In this document: positions 41,590-54,500 of the stretch, one piece after another
How the letters are laid out: each line of letters begins with the position of its first letter
How positions within the stretch are numbered: position 1 is the first letter of the stretch
NCBI GenBank assembly: GCA_951406725.2
Contig: OX597820.1
Coordinates: forward strand, 67,518,001 to 67,582,000
Source: Octopus vulgaris
Lineage: Eukaryota
Length of the DNA stretch: 64,000 bases
Direction: 5' to 3'
The notes under the pieces: model-generated
Seen by the model: only the letters and a program-made list of their open reading frames with translations
What the model was told of the DNA's origin: nothing
The model's database searches: none
Position numbers and translations under genes: made by a program

Positions 41590-43170
41590 CAAGGGATCCA
41601 CATAGTGGTCTCTCCTATTGTTTACATCTTTTTAGTCTGCGTCCAATTTAAATGTGAAGGCGTGACACTATTCAAATTACTGTTGTTGACTCATGACATC
41701 CTTCTATGATCATTCTCAAGTAGAGATGAACTTTGATGATGGAGTTGCCATAGCCTACCGAGAGAAGCCAATAATATAGTTTGGGACACTTATTTCAAAT
41801 GCCAATAACTCATATTCATATAGGTGACATATCCAGAACGAAAGTTCAAACTCCAGTTTAAACTTGTGGTACCTCTGTTGTTGTTTACTGTCGATCACCA
41901 GAGCTACGGTCAGTGAGTTCCCTCCTCCATCAGAAACTTGGAGTCTCTCTCTTACCTGTCATTTGTGTAGAATTTCAAATAAAACTTGGTGATAACCACG
42001 AGAAATCCTCGATTTTCATTAGTTCCCGTTGATTTGGCCTGTCCGGAGATTAACCATGTTGTTGAAAAATACTGAAATAGATGATGCAGATTATTAAGAG
42101 CTTTGATATATTGAGAAGAAGTGCGTTTCAACAATGTTGTCTGCGTCAGGTTACAAGCATTTTGGATGCCATTCTGAGTACAGGAAATCGATCTGACAAC
42201 TCTAGGCAATACAGTCTGTGAGGATGAATCATCCACATTTTAGAATCCAGGAAATAAGAAAGGTGCTTTACAATAATGACAACCCTTTAAAAGTGCCAAT
42301 CAAAAAAAAAAAAGAAGTTTTTTGACGCAAACAGAAATCTCAACGAATGACTTCACTCAGGGAAGTCATAGGGACTTGTAGGAGCAAGCAATTCTTTTGG
42401 AAATAAGTGGCATCAGAGTAATTTTTCTGACCCTCTAACTATTTTCTGATCGATTCTTCACTCCTGCACCATGTCGCATTCCTTAGCATGCTTTATGGAA
42501 ATAAGTCCAACTAAAGTCTTGACTTGAGAAGGGTGCTATCGTTAATTTATTATCAATCTTGAAGAGCTGCTTCTCAGTTTGTCTGAAACAACTGCGTAGG
42601 AAAAGAGATTTGGCGAATATTTCATGTAATTTTTCTTGCCAAAGTATACAGCGTATTTGAAGATGTCAGCAAAAGTCGATACTGATTGGGATCAATATCA
42701 CACATTGGCAATCAAAAGTGGTGCAAAGAAGACATGAGTAATTGGTGCACATCAGCGTTCGTTTGGCAGTGCTAAGATTCCAGGGAACTGGCATTGCAAG
42801 TGCAGATAAGTAGAAGTTATTTTCGCTCGTTTAAACAGTATTTAGAGGAATATAGATCCAAGAAAATAAGTTAGTCTAAATAGCATTCTGTACGAGGAGT
42901 GGAAAGTATTTGGAGGATGGGATCTAATCCAAAAACTAGTGCAGATTCTCACCTATATGTGGGTAGGTTGTCTCCTTATTTAGTTTGTAGTAATATTTAA
43001 TTTATTTGCGACTCAGTGCATGAAAAGTCATTGGAATTCTATATATCGCTGGCAGTGAGATTTGGGTGGTATGCGGCTAGCGGCTGGCTGACACTGAAGA
43101 GATGCAGTACGTAAAATCACGTGATCTGGCTGTCCCGGTGCTCGTAGCAGGCGATTCTCGTCTACTAACA
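41590..43170 (-). mobile_element. Heavily decayed LINE (RTE-like)
   Basis: Coding-like minus strand with degenerate EN/RT-linker character and a GC-rich 5' segment; no clean motif. Confidence 0.45.
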
Positions 43171-43392
43171 ATATATATGTATTCTTTTATGGCCCATGCG
43201 TCCGTATGAAATGTCCTTCTCTCAAGGTAAATACCGCAGTATTCGGCATTCTAACAAAACAAAACATCCACGTTAAGTTAGATATGAAGATTGCCTTGTG
43301 ATATTAATACCACTTCCGTCACTAATAATCACACGCACACATACACGCACACACACATACAAGTATGTGTGTGTGTGCACGTGTGTATGAAT

Positions 43393-43704
43393 TTGTTGTT
43401 GTTGCTTGTTCCTTCTCGAGCCATGCCTGGCTCATAAGGTTCGGTTTCCCGGTTTCCTTGGCGTATAGGTTCCCCACCTGGATGGGACGCCGGTCTGTCG
43501 CAGGTGAGCTGCAAGATGCAGGAGGAAAGAGTGAGAGAAAGTTGTGGCGAAATAGTCAGCAGAAGTTCGACAATACCTTCTGCCGGAGCCGCGTGGAGCT
43601 TAGGTGTTTCGCTCATAAACACACACATCGCCCGGTCTGAGATTCGAACCCGCAATCCCTCGACCGCGAGTCCGCTGCTCTAACCACTAGGCTATGTGCC
43701 TCCA
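43393..43704 (-). mobile_element. SINE family D, full length
   Basis: tRNA-like head TAGCCTAGTGGTTAGAGCAG...GGTTCGAATC, (CAA)n tail, TSD TGTATGAAT. Confidence 0.92.
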
Positions 43705-43829
43705 TTTGTATGAATCTATGTGTGTATATTAGATTACAAGAGGCAAATGTAAAAAAATAACTATTAAGCAATATGGACAAATTCAGCAGCGATATCATAA
43801 TACATATGAGTTTAGAGAAATGCTACAAA

Positions 43830-44165
43830 GCTACTCTAAAAATGATGACTATATTTACTAACTGAATTCAGAATTAAAACAGAAGTATCCGTACATCCAT
43901 TTAGGTGAAGATGGAAATAAGATGCAATATATGAACAAAAGCATTGCAACAAATGAATACAGCCGAAGTATTGAAAATTGAATTCAGATGTTTGGCTAAA
44001 GAATATAACCATCATAATCAAAGGCAGAAATGAAAACTGATGTACTTTAACCCATACCTCCTTGTGTGTGGAATAAGAATAAAATTAATTTCAGTAAAAA
44101 TGACTGTTATGATTATGAATACAGAGAACGTGAACAAAGATAGAAAAGCCGCTGCTGTGCTCACA
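43830..44165 (-). pseudogene. Candidate signal peptide plus PAN-like remnant
   Basis: STAAAFLSLFTFSVFIIITVIF...AG|GTATGG, short intron, then AG|QTSEFNF...HLLQCF..YCIL..FCFN. Confidence 0.45.
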
Positions 44166-44909
44166 AATTAAAACACATGAAAAAAAGAAAGGCAACATCT
44201 CTGTTAGGTGTACTGTACACGTACAACACTAGATATTTTCAGTCCACTAAGACAAACCGCGATAAACATTCTATGCAATTACTCACACTCAAAAAGTTGT
44301 AATGCCATGTCACAACAAAAACAGCACTAAAAGAAACACAAACTCAGTAAATTAAAAGGAACAACAGCCATCTTCTCAACAGAACTGAAAAGACCAAAAC
44401 AACACAACTCAGAAACAGAGATGTTCACCGGATAGTGTAGTTAAAATTCGCACGAAACTACAGGAAACCACCACCACCACCATTACCACCATCACCACTA
44501 CACTACCACCATCACCACCGCCACAAACAATAATAATTGTTTCTTTTATTTATTTTGTCACTTTTGTTATGCTTTTTTTTTTTGATAGACAGCTATTTCT
44601 GTGAAGATATTGTCAGAATACCTATAAGGATAAATACAGGCATGTTTTAGAAAATAGCGATACGAGCGTATGTAAATATTGTTAGAACATTTTCGCGCAG
44701 AATTTCTTAACCTTGTAAATTTTTTTCGACATGTATTCAAAGATTGTATTTGATTCTTTTTAATGGAAGACAGGAAAGTCTTGAAGTGCTTTCCAAACGA
44801 TGAATAATATAAATAGCAAAAACAACAAGAACAATGACAAAGACAACAGCGACAACGGCGTCGTCATCATCACCGTCATCATGAACAACAACAACAACCA
44901 TAATAATAA

Positions 44910-45225
44910 TCCTTTCTACTATTGGCACAAGGCCTGCAATTTTTGCGGAGACGGGGCTGGTCGATTTTATCAGCCCCAGTGGTCAGCGGAGTTTGAACTT
45001 AGAATGTAAAGCCGAATGAAATGCCAGTAAGCATTTTGTCCGACGTTCTAACGATTCTGACAGTTCACTGCTTTAATGGTTTCAAATTCTGAAACGAGGC
45101 CAGCAATTTAAGGGAGAGAGAAGACGGATATATCGATCCCAATACTTGACTGGTACTTTACTTTATCGACCCCGAAAGGATGAAAAACAAACTAGACCTC
45201 GATAGTATTTGAACTCAGAACGGTG
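44910..45225 (-). mobile_element. Two diverged SINE B copies
   Basis: Family homology. Confidence 0.75.
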
Positions 45226-45326
45226 CACTAACATTTCAGTTATAATAATAATGCTTTTATTTATTTATTTAGACACTGAAGGTGATTACATTCACTTTCA
45301 TTAGTACATGAAATTACTTGAACATT

Positions 45327-45628
45327 GTTTGTTCCTTCTTGAGCCATGCCTGGCTCATGAGGGCAGGTTTCCCGGTTTCCTTGGCGTATAGGTTCCCCAC
45401 CTGGACGGGACGCCGGTCCGTCGCAGGTGAGCTGAAAGATGTAGGAGGAAAGAGTGAGAGAAAGTCGTGGCGAAAGAGTCAGCAGAAGTTCGCCATTACC
45501 TTCTGCCGGAGCCGCGTGGAGCTTAGGTGTTTCGCTCATAAGCACACACATCGCCCGGTCTGAGATTCGAACCCGTGATCCTTCGACCGCGAGTCCGCTG
45601 GTCTAATCACTAGGCCATGTGCCTCCCC
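45327..45628 (-). mobile_element. SINE family D, full length
   Basis: 12-bp TSD TACTTGAACATT (45315-45326 / 45629-45640). Confidence 0.93.
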
Positions 45629-45649
45629 TACTTGAACATTAAGAGGGAT

Positions 45650-47630
45650 TACAAAGGCGTGTGGCAGATGAACAAAACAAAGTTATACAAAGAAAAGAAA
45701 ACGAGAGTACTGAGTCAGGGACAATAACAAAGAAGACAGGTTAAATTGACATAATAAATACATAACTAAAGCAAACACAATAAATACAGCAAGCTATTAT
45801 ATTAAATAGACCAACCCACACACATGTGAAAACCTACCACTTAGGACAGGTGATAGCAGCCCACGTCTTTGCCCACCGGCCACTCTTTACACTAGATTGG
45901 GTGCATCTAAAAGTTTCACTTAACATTCTCTGTTTGGGGCGAAACAAAAACACCTCATGTTTTCTGGATATCCGTGCTTTAATTCATGATAATATCCTGG
46001 TATTATTTCTAAAATTCTCTCACTGTAGTATTCTGACCTTATTTGATTTTCAATAACTTGTACACCGAGACTGTATCATTTGCACCACGTATGTATTAAT
46101 TTGTTCACAAGGTTCTGGTTTGTTTTAAAAAATGATTTAAATTTCTTATCGTCTTCGTTATTACCTCCGCCGTCGTGAAGGCGGAGCTATTGTTTTCAGT
46201 CGTTATTGTTTGCTTGTTTGTCCGTGGACAAGATATCTCAAGAACCGCCGGATGGATTCGGATGAAACTTTCAGGGAAGTTTGGCCTCATGACCGGTACG
46301 AACTGATTATATTTTTGGATCGATCTGGCTCTGGACAAGAATTCTGGATTATTTTTCCTGTTTTTTTACTTAATTTTTGAGAGCGGTCGGCTTGATTTTT
46401 AGTATTCTCATTTGTGAGAGTAGTCGAGTTCATTTCAGATATTCTCATTTAAAAAATCATCTCTCGCTAATCATTGAGAGGACGTTTGTGTTGCCTTGGC
46501 GGAAGTTTGCGCTCTCTGAGTGCTCTTGTTATCATTATATTCTGGTATCATACACATCTTTAGATCGGATTCGGCCTTCCTTTTCTACTGGATTCTCTTC
46601 TTTCTTTATTTCCTGGAGATTTTCACCGGCTTCCATTATGTTTTCATTGTTTTAGCAGAATAGGATAGTGCTACTGAATGGAGGTTGGTGAAGGAGGGGG
46701 ACAGAATCTCGCTCGTCGGTTCCTGGGAATGAGGACGAGAGGGACAGTCCAATTTCTCTTGGATCTGGAATCTGTGAAAACCTACCACTTGCTGTTTTCG
46801 CTGCTGCTTACCAATACTCCACTCGATCTTGAACTTACTATCACCGCTTATTGTTATGGGCCCAAGAGGAATTAGACAAGAAGAAAGTGAAATATCCAAA
46901 ACTGGTTGATTTGGTTAAAGGAGAGATTGACTTCTCAAAATAATTGATTTCTTGGAGGGATTTTTTACTTTTTTTTTGAGTCTATCCAGGAAGAAAAAAA
47001 AAGAAAACAACTATCTGAATAAACTGATATTTAGAAGAACTAATTTTGGGAACATCTAGTAAGACCAATCAGTTGGAAGTTGGCGGGGTTTACCATTTGT
47101 TTCCAAACCAGATTTAGTAAATATTTATGGCTTATTGTATATTGACATTTCTTTAAATATTTGTTGCTATGTCAACAGCAAATTTCAGTTGTTTTCTAAT
47201 AAGAGCTTCTGAAAATTTTAACTGCACACTTCATGTAACTCCTTTCACCCATCAATCAATAAAAAAATTTTTTTGTCATTTAACTTATTTTAAACCAATA
47301 TCTTCATTTGTGTATTACTTATAAATTACTCTCTCCAAATTTGGTTTCATTCTCAACCACAAGAAGTCTGTTTAGCTTTTCGTCAGCTCGATGACTTCGA
47401 CCAGTGGTATTTTGAGAATAGTAGTATCTTTTGAGACTTGTGGTTGTCTCTGCTGTTGTTCTCTTTCTGATTTTACTGTTACCGCAGCCAGAAAAGACCT
47501 TCAAGTGGCTTTTGCTGCCACACATGTAGCACATCGGATTCTTGTTCTGTACCGTTACTCTCTTCACCCTTCCTTCCGCAACTACGGCTAGAATGATCAT
47601 GCGGTCTTCAGGAAATATATCCATTCGACT
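45650..47630 (-). mobile_element. Fragmented L1/Tx1-like LINE
   Basis: Zinc-knuckle-like CYMCGSKSHL preceded by VVAEGR (ORF1-like) at 47319-47624; the rest is decayed. Confidence 0.5.
46158..46530 (+). mobile_element. Helentron-associated non-autonomous element (HINE/DINE-1-like)
   Basis: 5' TTATTACCTCCGCC with adjacent inverted GGCGGAG, (GTTT)-type tract, 3' subTIR GGCGGAAGT, terminal hairpin GCGCTC-TCT-GAGTGC, TT termini. Confidence 0.75.
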
Positions 47631-47859
47631 AAAAATTCTCCAATGCAGTGCTCTAGCATGGCCGCTGTCTAATTACTGAAACAAGTTAAAGATAAAAGAT
47701 ACAACAGAAAAAAGGTAAGGGATGCTATCCGACTACATGCCATTCATCGTGACAAGTGATCGATTTGGCTTTCTATGGACTATCTTCGTAACACAAATCG
47801 CTCACAATCTGCCGATACTGAACTACGAAAATGACGATGCACTAAAGGCTCAACGCTGC

Positions 47860-48327
47860 TACCAATTTCATGTTTCATTGTACCATTTACTGTATGGAAA
47901 AATGGTGTAAAAGCTAATGTGTATCGCACCTATTCTTTGTGTTTGCTTGATCTATTTCATTCCTTTAAACTACACATATAAATCCATTTGCTGTAGCTTG
48001 GACACGTTAGATAACGTTCTTCCCAGCCTGCGTTAAATTGAAACCCTTGTTTCGTTGTTGTAAGGAAAACCGCAGGTTTCCTAGCGAAAGAGAAATTGGG
48101 GATTTTTGCTTTTTGTGCTCAAATATCTTGGTCAGAAAGAATAGTGCCCCACTTGTTTCTCTGAACTAACCTACCCATATTCAATTTTTCTGTTGCTAGC
48201 GACACTAGAATGAAAAAGAAGATACCTGCAAAACATTTGTGCATACACTGCTGTTATCGTTAATAAAGCTATCATGTCAACATATTTTTTTCAACTGTGT
48301 CTTGTGAGGAAGAAGCATGCTTTTCAT
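47860..48327 (-). pseudogene. Candidate signal peptide plus PAN-like pseudogene
   Basis: MKSMLL.., phase-1 exon 48225-48175 GIFFFILVSLATEKLNM, 94-bp GT-AG intron, then exon GNLRFSLQQRN..NVSKLQ..IYMCSLKE*..NTKNRC. Confidence 0.55.
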
Positions 48328-48644
48328 GTAAATATCTACATGGTTACTGTTTGTAATTTTGTGTGCATTGCATATTTTTTGTTGTCGATTTTGATTAGAA
48401 ATCTTCGAAGAGAAACGGAAACATATCCGACATTTTATGTTTGTTTTGGTAAGAATTGAAATTAACGTTATCCAGAACGTTTTTTTTTTTTGTAATCATT
48501 CCTAATGAGAGAAAGAGATTTTCATCCACTTTGAACGATAAACGTTTCGATTCTTCAGAACTGTCCGGTCCAACGACACAACAGTGTCTTGAAAGCTTAG
48601 CAGCAAATAATAATAATGATGATGATGATGATGATAATGATTTT

Positions 48645-49122
48645 TCTTGGTATAAAAGACAGGCTACAGCAAATATTCTGCTCTATACCACAGATTTGCT
48701 TGTCAGTTGTTTGACCATAACCAGTTGACCATGTCCCTTAGTGGCTGACGATATGTGCACCCCTGACCACGAGCAGAAGTAGTGGGGGAGCATCATAGCC
48801 CTGTGTTGAAAGGAATTCTTAGAGTTTTGAATAATTCAGTTTTGGAAACATAGCTGTTTCGTTCAACATCCTTAAACAATCCTTATTCAGGGACTTTTAG
48901 AGCGGGATGGGCTCCTCGACCAGAAGAAAATTTTAACTGGGCCCCAACTGGGTCATGTGCTGTTTATCTTGATATGAGATCCCCATGTCACGCACATATG
49001 GTTGTGATGCATGTGTCTAGTGTACCCTTATCAGACGGGTAGTCATGATGGGTATACTGGGCTTCGTATATTTTACCCCAGTGTCATCTTGATGGCATGC
49101 ACTGCTCTCTCACTCAATAACG

Positions 49123-49172
<50 letters not shown>
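48645..49172 (+). mobile_element. Retroposon family C, longest copy, (TAA)n tail
   Basis: Reverse complement of 2927-3324, extended at the 5' end. Confidence 0.88.
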
Positions 49173-49178
<6 letters not shown>

Positions 49179-49199
49179 TTTTTTTTCCACAAAGGAGCT

Positions 49200-49386
49200 T
49201 GGGGGAGGTGAGGATGAGTCGATGACATCGACCTCCAGTATTCAACTGGTATTTATTTTATCGACCCCGAAAGGATGAAAGACAAAGACGACCTCGGGGG
49301 AATTTGAATTCCGAAGGTAAAGTCGGACAAAAATGCTGCTATGTATTTTGTCGGGTTCGCTAACGATTCTGCCAGCTCGCCGCCTT
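49200..49386 (-). mobile_element. SINE family B
   Basis: Family homology. Confidence 0.85.
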
Positions 49387-49539
49387 AACAACAACAACAA
49401 CAGCAGCAGCAGCAGCAGCAGCAACAACAACAGTAAAAACACCATCACCACCATCACCCCTACCACCACCACTAATAATAATAATAATAATAATAATAAA
49501 TATAATAACTACAATAATACCATTTGTTTTTTCTAGCAT

Positions 49540-50420
49540 TGCCTATTCATACATAGAAAGGATTACAAAAATATTACAAATTCGATTAGTGATATAGATA
49601 AATATACATAAAATACAAGTGAAACGGAAAAGACATAATTTGCATTGTATGACATAGTCAAAGAAAAATATGGCCTCCTACACGTACTGGGGTGGGAAGT
49701 CCCAGTTTGGGTCGGGTAGAACTCACCTCAACTTTGATCAACTCTCACTCACGTCTATCTTTTTCTTTTGCGGACTGGCGGCTATGAAGTCAGTCGTTCC
49801 CCTAATCCCCTTTCTGCTCTGCAACACTAGTATCATGGCCTTTCTTTCTGCAACCCGGAAGGGACACAACACTGGAATAGGTCGATGCTCTTTGGTGCTC
49901 CGTGGGGTCATTAAGGCTTACATATCCCTGATGACCCCCATCCTTTTATTCGTTACTGCTAACCAGAGCAATTACAACATACTTGCACCGTACTGCTTAA
50001 GTAACAATGATTCAATATTGAACGTCGTGGCCAGCAATTTTTATTCAAGCCATCGTGCTACACTGCTCAAAGTATTACGGCTTAAGCTTCTGAGAAGGTG
50101 CATACCACACCAGCTGGTCTACTTTTCTTCCTCAGTTTTGAATATCATGCATACAGTACTGTAATTTCTTCTTCGTTCAACAGAAGAGATATTGTTCTAC
50201 AAATCGGGCAGAGATGCATGTAGTAGCTCCTTCCTACATGGTAAGGGACTCTATCTTTCATAAATGTAAAGACATATTTTTTCCTTTTTCACTGATCGCT
50301 AAAGAACTGAGGTAAGTATGTAACAGTTTTGCTACAAAGCTCCACTACAAAGACATTTCCTTCGCTAGGTAATCCATGTCTTGTGTCTGTCTATTGGATG
50401 TAACCTTCATCGCTCAATTA
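49540..50420 (-). mobile_element. Decayed LINE ORF2 C-terminal/3' remnant (L1/Tx1-like)
   Basis: Coding-like composition with a T-rich 3' tail on the minus strand; motifs poor. Confidence 0.35.
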
Positions 50421-51448
50421 AAACTTTCTACTCACATCTTCCTTTGGTGAAAAGAGCTTGTGTGTGTGTGTGTGTGTGTGTTTGTTTGTGTGTTTGCGCG
50501 CGCGTGTATGTATGTGTATGCGTGTATCATTGTTACTGTTGTTATTATTAATCGAGTCGTTTAAATTGTCAAGTTTAATGGGGTTTTTTTCTATCATAAG
50601 AGGAACATTATTTTGTTTGTGAAATATCTGTAGTTCACTAAATTTGTATTTTTTCCTTGTTTATTGTCTGTAAACTTGAGACGTGTTTCTGCTCGGCCTA
50701 CCCAGGCAGTTAGTTTACGAGTGGAAGGCTATCTTTTACGAGAAATTACAGCCTCTTTTTTTTTTGCCAAACAGGTTAAGGTAACATAAGCAATTAAATT
50801 CCTAACTTATGCTGACAGAAGGTCCACATTTCTAAGCAAGTTACTTTGGAAGAACGAGGCGAAACGCGTCAAATTGTCTCAACACACTAAGGATGATGAT
50901 GATGATGATGATAATGATGATGATATTTATTTTTTATTGGCCGCAAAGTCGAAGATGTGAGGAAGTGTACAAAGGCAGAATATAAAAGAAAAAAAAAAGA
51001 AAAAAATGTAAGAAAACAAAGAAAACAGTGGGAGTTTTATCTCCAGTGAGATCAAAGAGCAACAATAAAAATGCATTAAATAGATAATAAGGGATAATAA
51101 GTCGATAATAATGGAGTTAAAGTGAAATAGATTCTTATCTTGTTAGTGTTAGAGAGATTATATGGCTAAAGAGAAGTCGATGTGCAAGACTGGAATTTTA
51201 AATCGAAAGTTAAAATAAAGAAAGTGGAATTTTTTTTTAATTGTAAAAGTAACAATTAGTATTTAATTACCGGTACACGAATATAACATTATTTTACACA
51301 TTGATGATTTCTGGTCCTGAGAAAATAATATTTGATGAAATATCTTCAACGTTGTAATATTTCCTTCAATTATCTTTTAAGTCATCTCCATACACATACA
51401 TATACACATACGCACATTCACGTTAAAAAAAACCACTCTCGTAGGTAT

Positions 51449-51552
<104 letters not shown>

Positions 51553-51720
51553 TATGGGTATATATTCAGAAACGTTTAAAGATACAGAAAGGCCTATCCA
51601 TTATATGCAACACAAGCAGATTAAGATTAAAAGATTAGAATAAACATTTATGCATCTTGTTTAATGTAAATACTTTTCTATTAAGTAACGTATTTACATT
51701 GTAATTCATCTTGCTCTATC

Positions 51721-51759
<39 letters not shown>

Positions 51760-51894
51760 CTTTATCTGTCTATCAATATCTATATATATACATATATACA
51801 TATATAATAAATAATAAAAATATATAATATATATATACATACATACATACACACACAATATATATATATATATATATATATACATACATGCGTA

Positions 51895-52128
51895 TATGGG
51901 TATAGGACGTCACCAACGATGCAAATAACATCACATACGTAAACAACGAAAAAAAATGGAGAACAGGACAAGCTATCACAGAAAAAAGACGCTTCATTAG
52001 TTGTCGGCTGTCTATCTACTCCTCATTTCGAGCATTCAACTACAATATGAGTCTTCAAATACATTTGCTGCCATAAATTCTAATATAAAATTCAGGATTT
52101 ATGGCGGGTCAAAGTTGGGAACATTACA
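51895..52128. mobile_element. Microsatellite-embedded interspersed repeat
   Basis: Inverted homology to 36605-36690; flanked by (TA)n-rich tracts. Confidence 0.65.
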
Positions 52129-52223
52129 TATATACTGTATATGCGTATACATACATGCATACATACATACATACATACATACATACATACATACATACAT
52201 ACATACATACATACATACATACA

Positions 52224-52259
<36 letters not shown>

Positions 52260-52277
52260 TATGTATATATACATATA

Positions 52278-52577
52278 CAGTAATCCCTCGTCTATCGCGA
52301 GTGTTATGTTTCAAAACCATCCGCAATAGCTGAAAATCCGCGAAGTAGAAACAGAACTATATATTTTTCTTTCATTATTTTTATAATTTGTATATATTTA
52401 TATTATTATAAATGCAAAACAACACTACAGAATCGAGGTAAGCTTAAATAATAAACCGCGATAGGTGAACCGCAGTAGGTGAACCGCGATAGGTTAACCA
52501 CGATAGGTGAACCGTGATAAGTGAACCGTGATAGGTGAAGCGTGATAGGTGAGCCGCGACATGGCGACGAATTACTC
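52278..52577. mobile_element. pogo/Tigger-type MITE with an expanded 14-bp subterminal array
   Basis: TA-CAGTAATCCCTCG ... CGACGAATTACTC-TA; about 7 copies of AACCGCGATAGGTG. Confidence 0.8.
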
Positions 52578-52599
52578 TATTTGTGTATACACCCACATA

Positions 52600-52655
<56 letters not shown>

Positions 52656-52934
52656 CATTAATATTATTTAAAACAGTCTGATTCGACTCCATGAGACTTA
52701 AAGCTTCGTAGGCTTCTAACAGAAATGTAGATATCTCAGGTTCACATTATCGTATACACAAGCACACTCATCCACAAACTCAAATATATATATATATATA
52801 CATACATGCATGTATATATGTGCGTGTATGTACATATACAAACCCATATGATTTGATATGATCTAATTTCAGCTCATGAGCTGTGGCCATGCTGGGGTAC
52901 CGCCATTTGATGTTGCTACATAATTTTACTTCAT

Positions 52935-53187
52935 TAGTTCTTTTTAGAAGTTGATTGACGTTTGGTGCATGAGGGAGTTACATACATATGTATATATATA
53001 TATATATATATATAAATATATACATATGGAAACAAATATATAAATATATATATACACATATAAAGGTTATTTTTTGGTAATATCCCGGAAAAGTTACAGC
53101 ATGACTTAAGGGTCAGGATTTTTGTTTGTTGGCATTTATATAATAATGTTTGGAGTTTCATTTTTCTGTTTGCATCAACAAACCTTA

Positions 53188-53190
<3 letters not shown>
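52935..53190 (-). pseudogene. Candidate PAN-like exon split by a microsatellite
   Basis: [12 protein letters not shown]...[14 protein letters not shown] ... TPSCTK. Confidence 0.35.
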
Positions 53191-53253
<63 letters not shown>

Positions 53254-53258
<5 letters not shown>

Positions 53259-53317
53259 GAGTTGAGTGAGTACTCACCCCGAATTTCTATATATTTCTGT
53301 TTTGCCTGTCCCTTTTT

Positions 53318-53365
<48 letters not shown>

Positions 53366-53613
53366 CAGAAATTCAACAAAACCTGTTACTCGGAGTTTCA
53401 CGTTCCCTTTAAAAAAGGTGTGACGTTTACACTAGTCTTGATAGAATTGTCATATCGGTTCTATTTTAACAAAACTGTCCGCCGAACGGGAACGTGAAAC
53501 TCCGAGTAACAGGTTATGTTGAATTTCTGCTGCTTTTAAATAAAGCATATTACTCTACCACTGGTATTTGAGTACTCTTTTTCCACCTTGTTTCACATTT
53601 ATGTGTTTACTCC

Positions 53614-53656
<43 letters not shown>

Positions 53657-53719
53657 AGGTGAGTTGAGTGAGTACTCACCCCGAACTTCTATATATCTCT
53701 GTTTTGCCTGTCCCTTTTT

Positions 53720-53777
<58 letters not shown>

Positions 53778-54026
53778 CAGAAATTCAACAAAACCTGTTA
53801 CTCGGAGTTTCACGTTCCCTTTAAAAAAGGTGTAACGTTTACACTAGTCTTGATAGAATTGTCATATCGGTTCTATTTTAACAAAACTGTCCGCCGAACG
53901 GGAACGTGAAACTCCGAGTAACAGGTTATGTTGAATTTCTGCTGCTTTTAAATAAAGCATATTACTCTACCACTGGTATTTGAGTACTCTTTTTTCCACC
54001 TTGTTTCACATTTATGTGTTTACTCC

Positions 54027-54080
<54 letters not shown>

Positions 54081-54139
54081 GAGTTGAGTGAGTACTCACC
54101 CCGAATTTCTATATATTTCTGTTTTGCCTGTCCCTTTTT

Positions 54140-54177
<38 letters not shown>

Positions 54178-54426
54178 CAGAAATTCAACAAAACCTGTTA
54201 CTCGGAGTTTCACGTTCCCTTTAAAAAAGGTGTAACGTTTACACTAGTCTTGATAGAATTGTCATATCGGTTCTATTTTAACAAAACTGTCCGCCGAACG
54301 GGAACGTGAAACTCCGAGTAACAGGTTATGTTGAATTTCTGCTGCTTTTAAATAAAGCATATTACTCTACCACTGGTATTTGAGTACTCTTTTTTCCACC
54401 TTGTTTCACATTTATGTGTTTACTCC

Positions 54427-54428
<2 letters not shown>
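53254..54428. repeat. Three tandem ~400-420-bp units, each with a 44-bp inverted repeat and a hammerhead-like motif
   Basis: Units start at 53254, 53656 and 54076. Arms 53364-53407 / 53488-53531 (1 mismatch). A few SNPs separate the units. Confidence 0.92.

Positions 54429-54500
<72 letters not shown>

Noticed and set aside
43640-43704. tRNA gene
   Set aside because: It is a tRNA-derived SINE head with body, tail and TSD; the same holds for the other A/B-box hits.
49670-50164. 164-aa plus-strand ORF
   Set aside because: No recognisable domain; probably antisense to a LINE remnant.
50665-50875. GAAACACGTC (minus) and GAAACGCGTC (plus) hammerhead 3' halves
   Set aside because: No properly placed CUGANGA core; at best decayed remnants.
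53254-54428. CRISPR-like repeat-spacer pattern
   Set aside because: Units are about 400 bp, the spacers are (TA)n, there are no cas genes and the context is eukaryotic.
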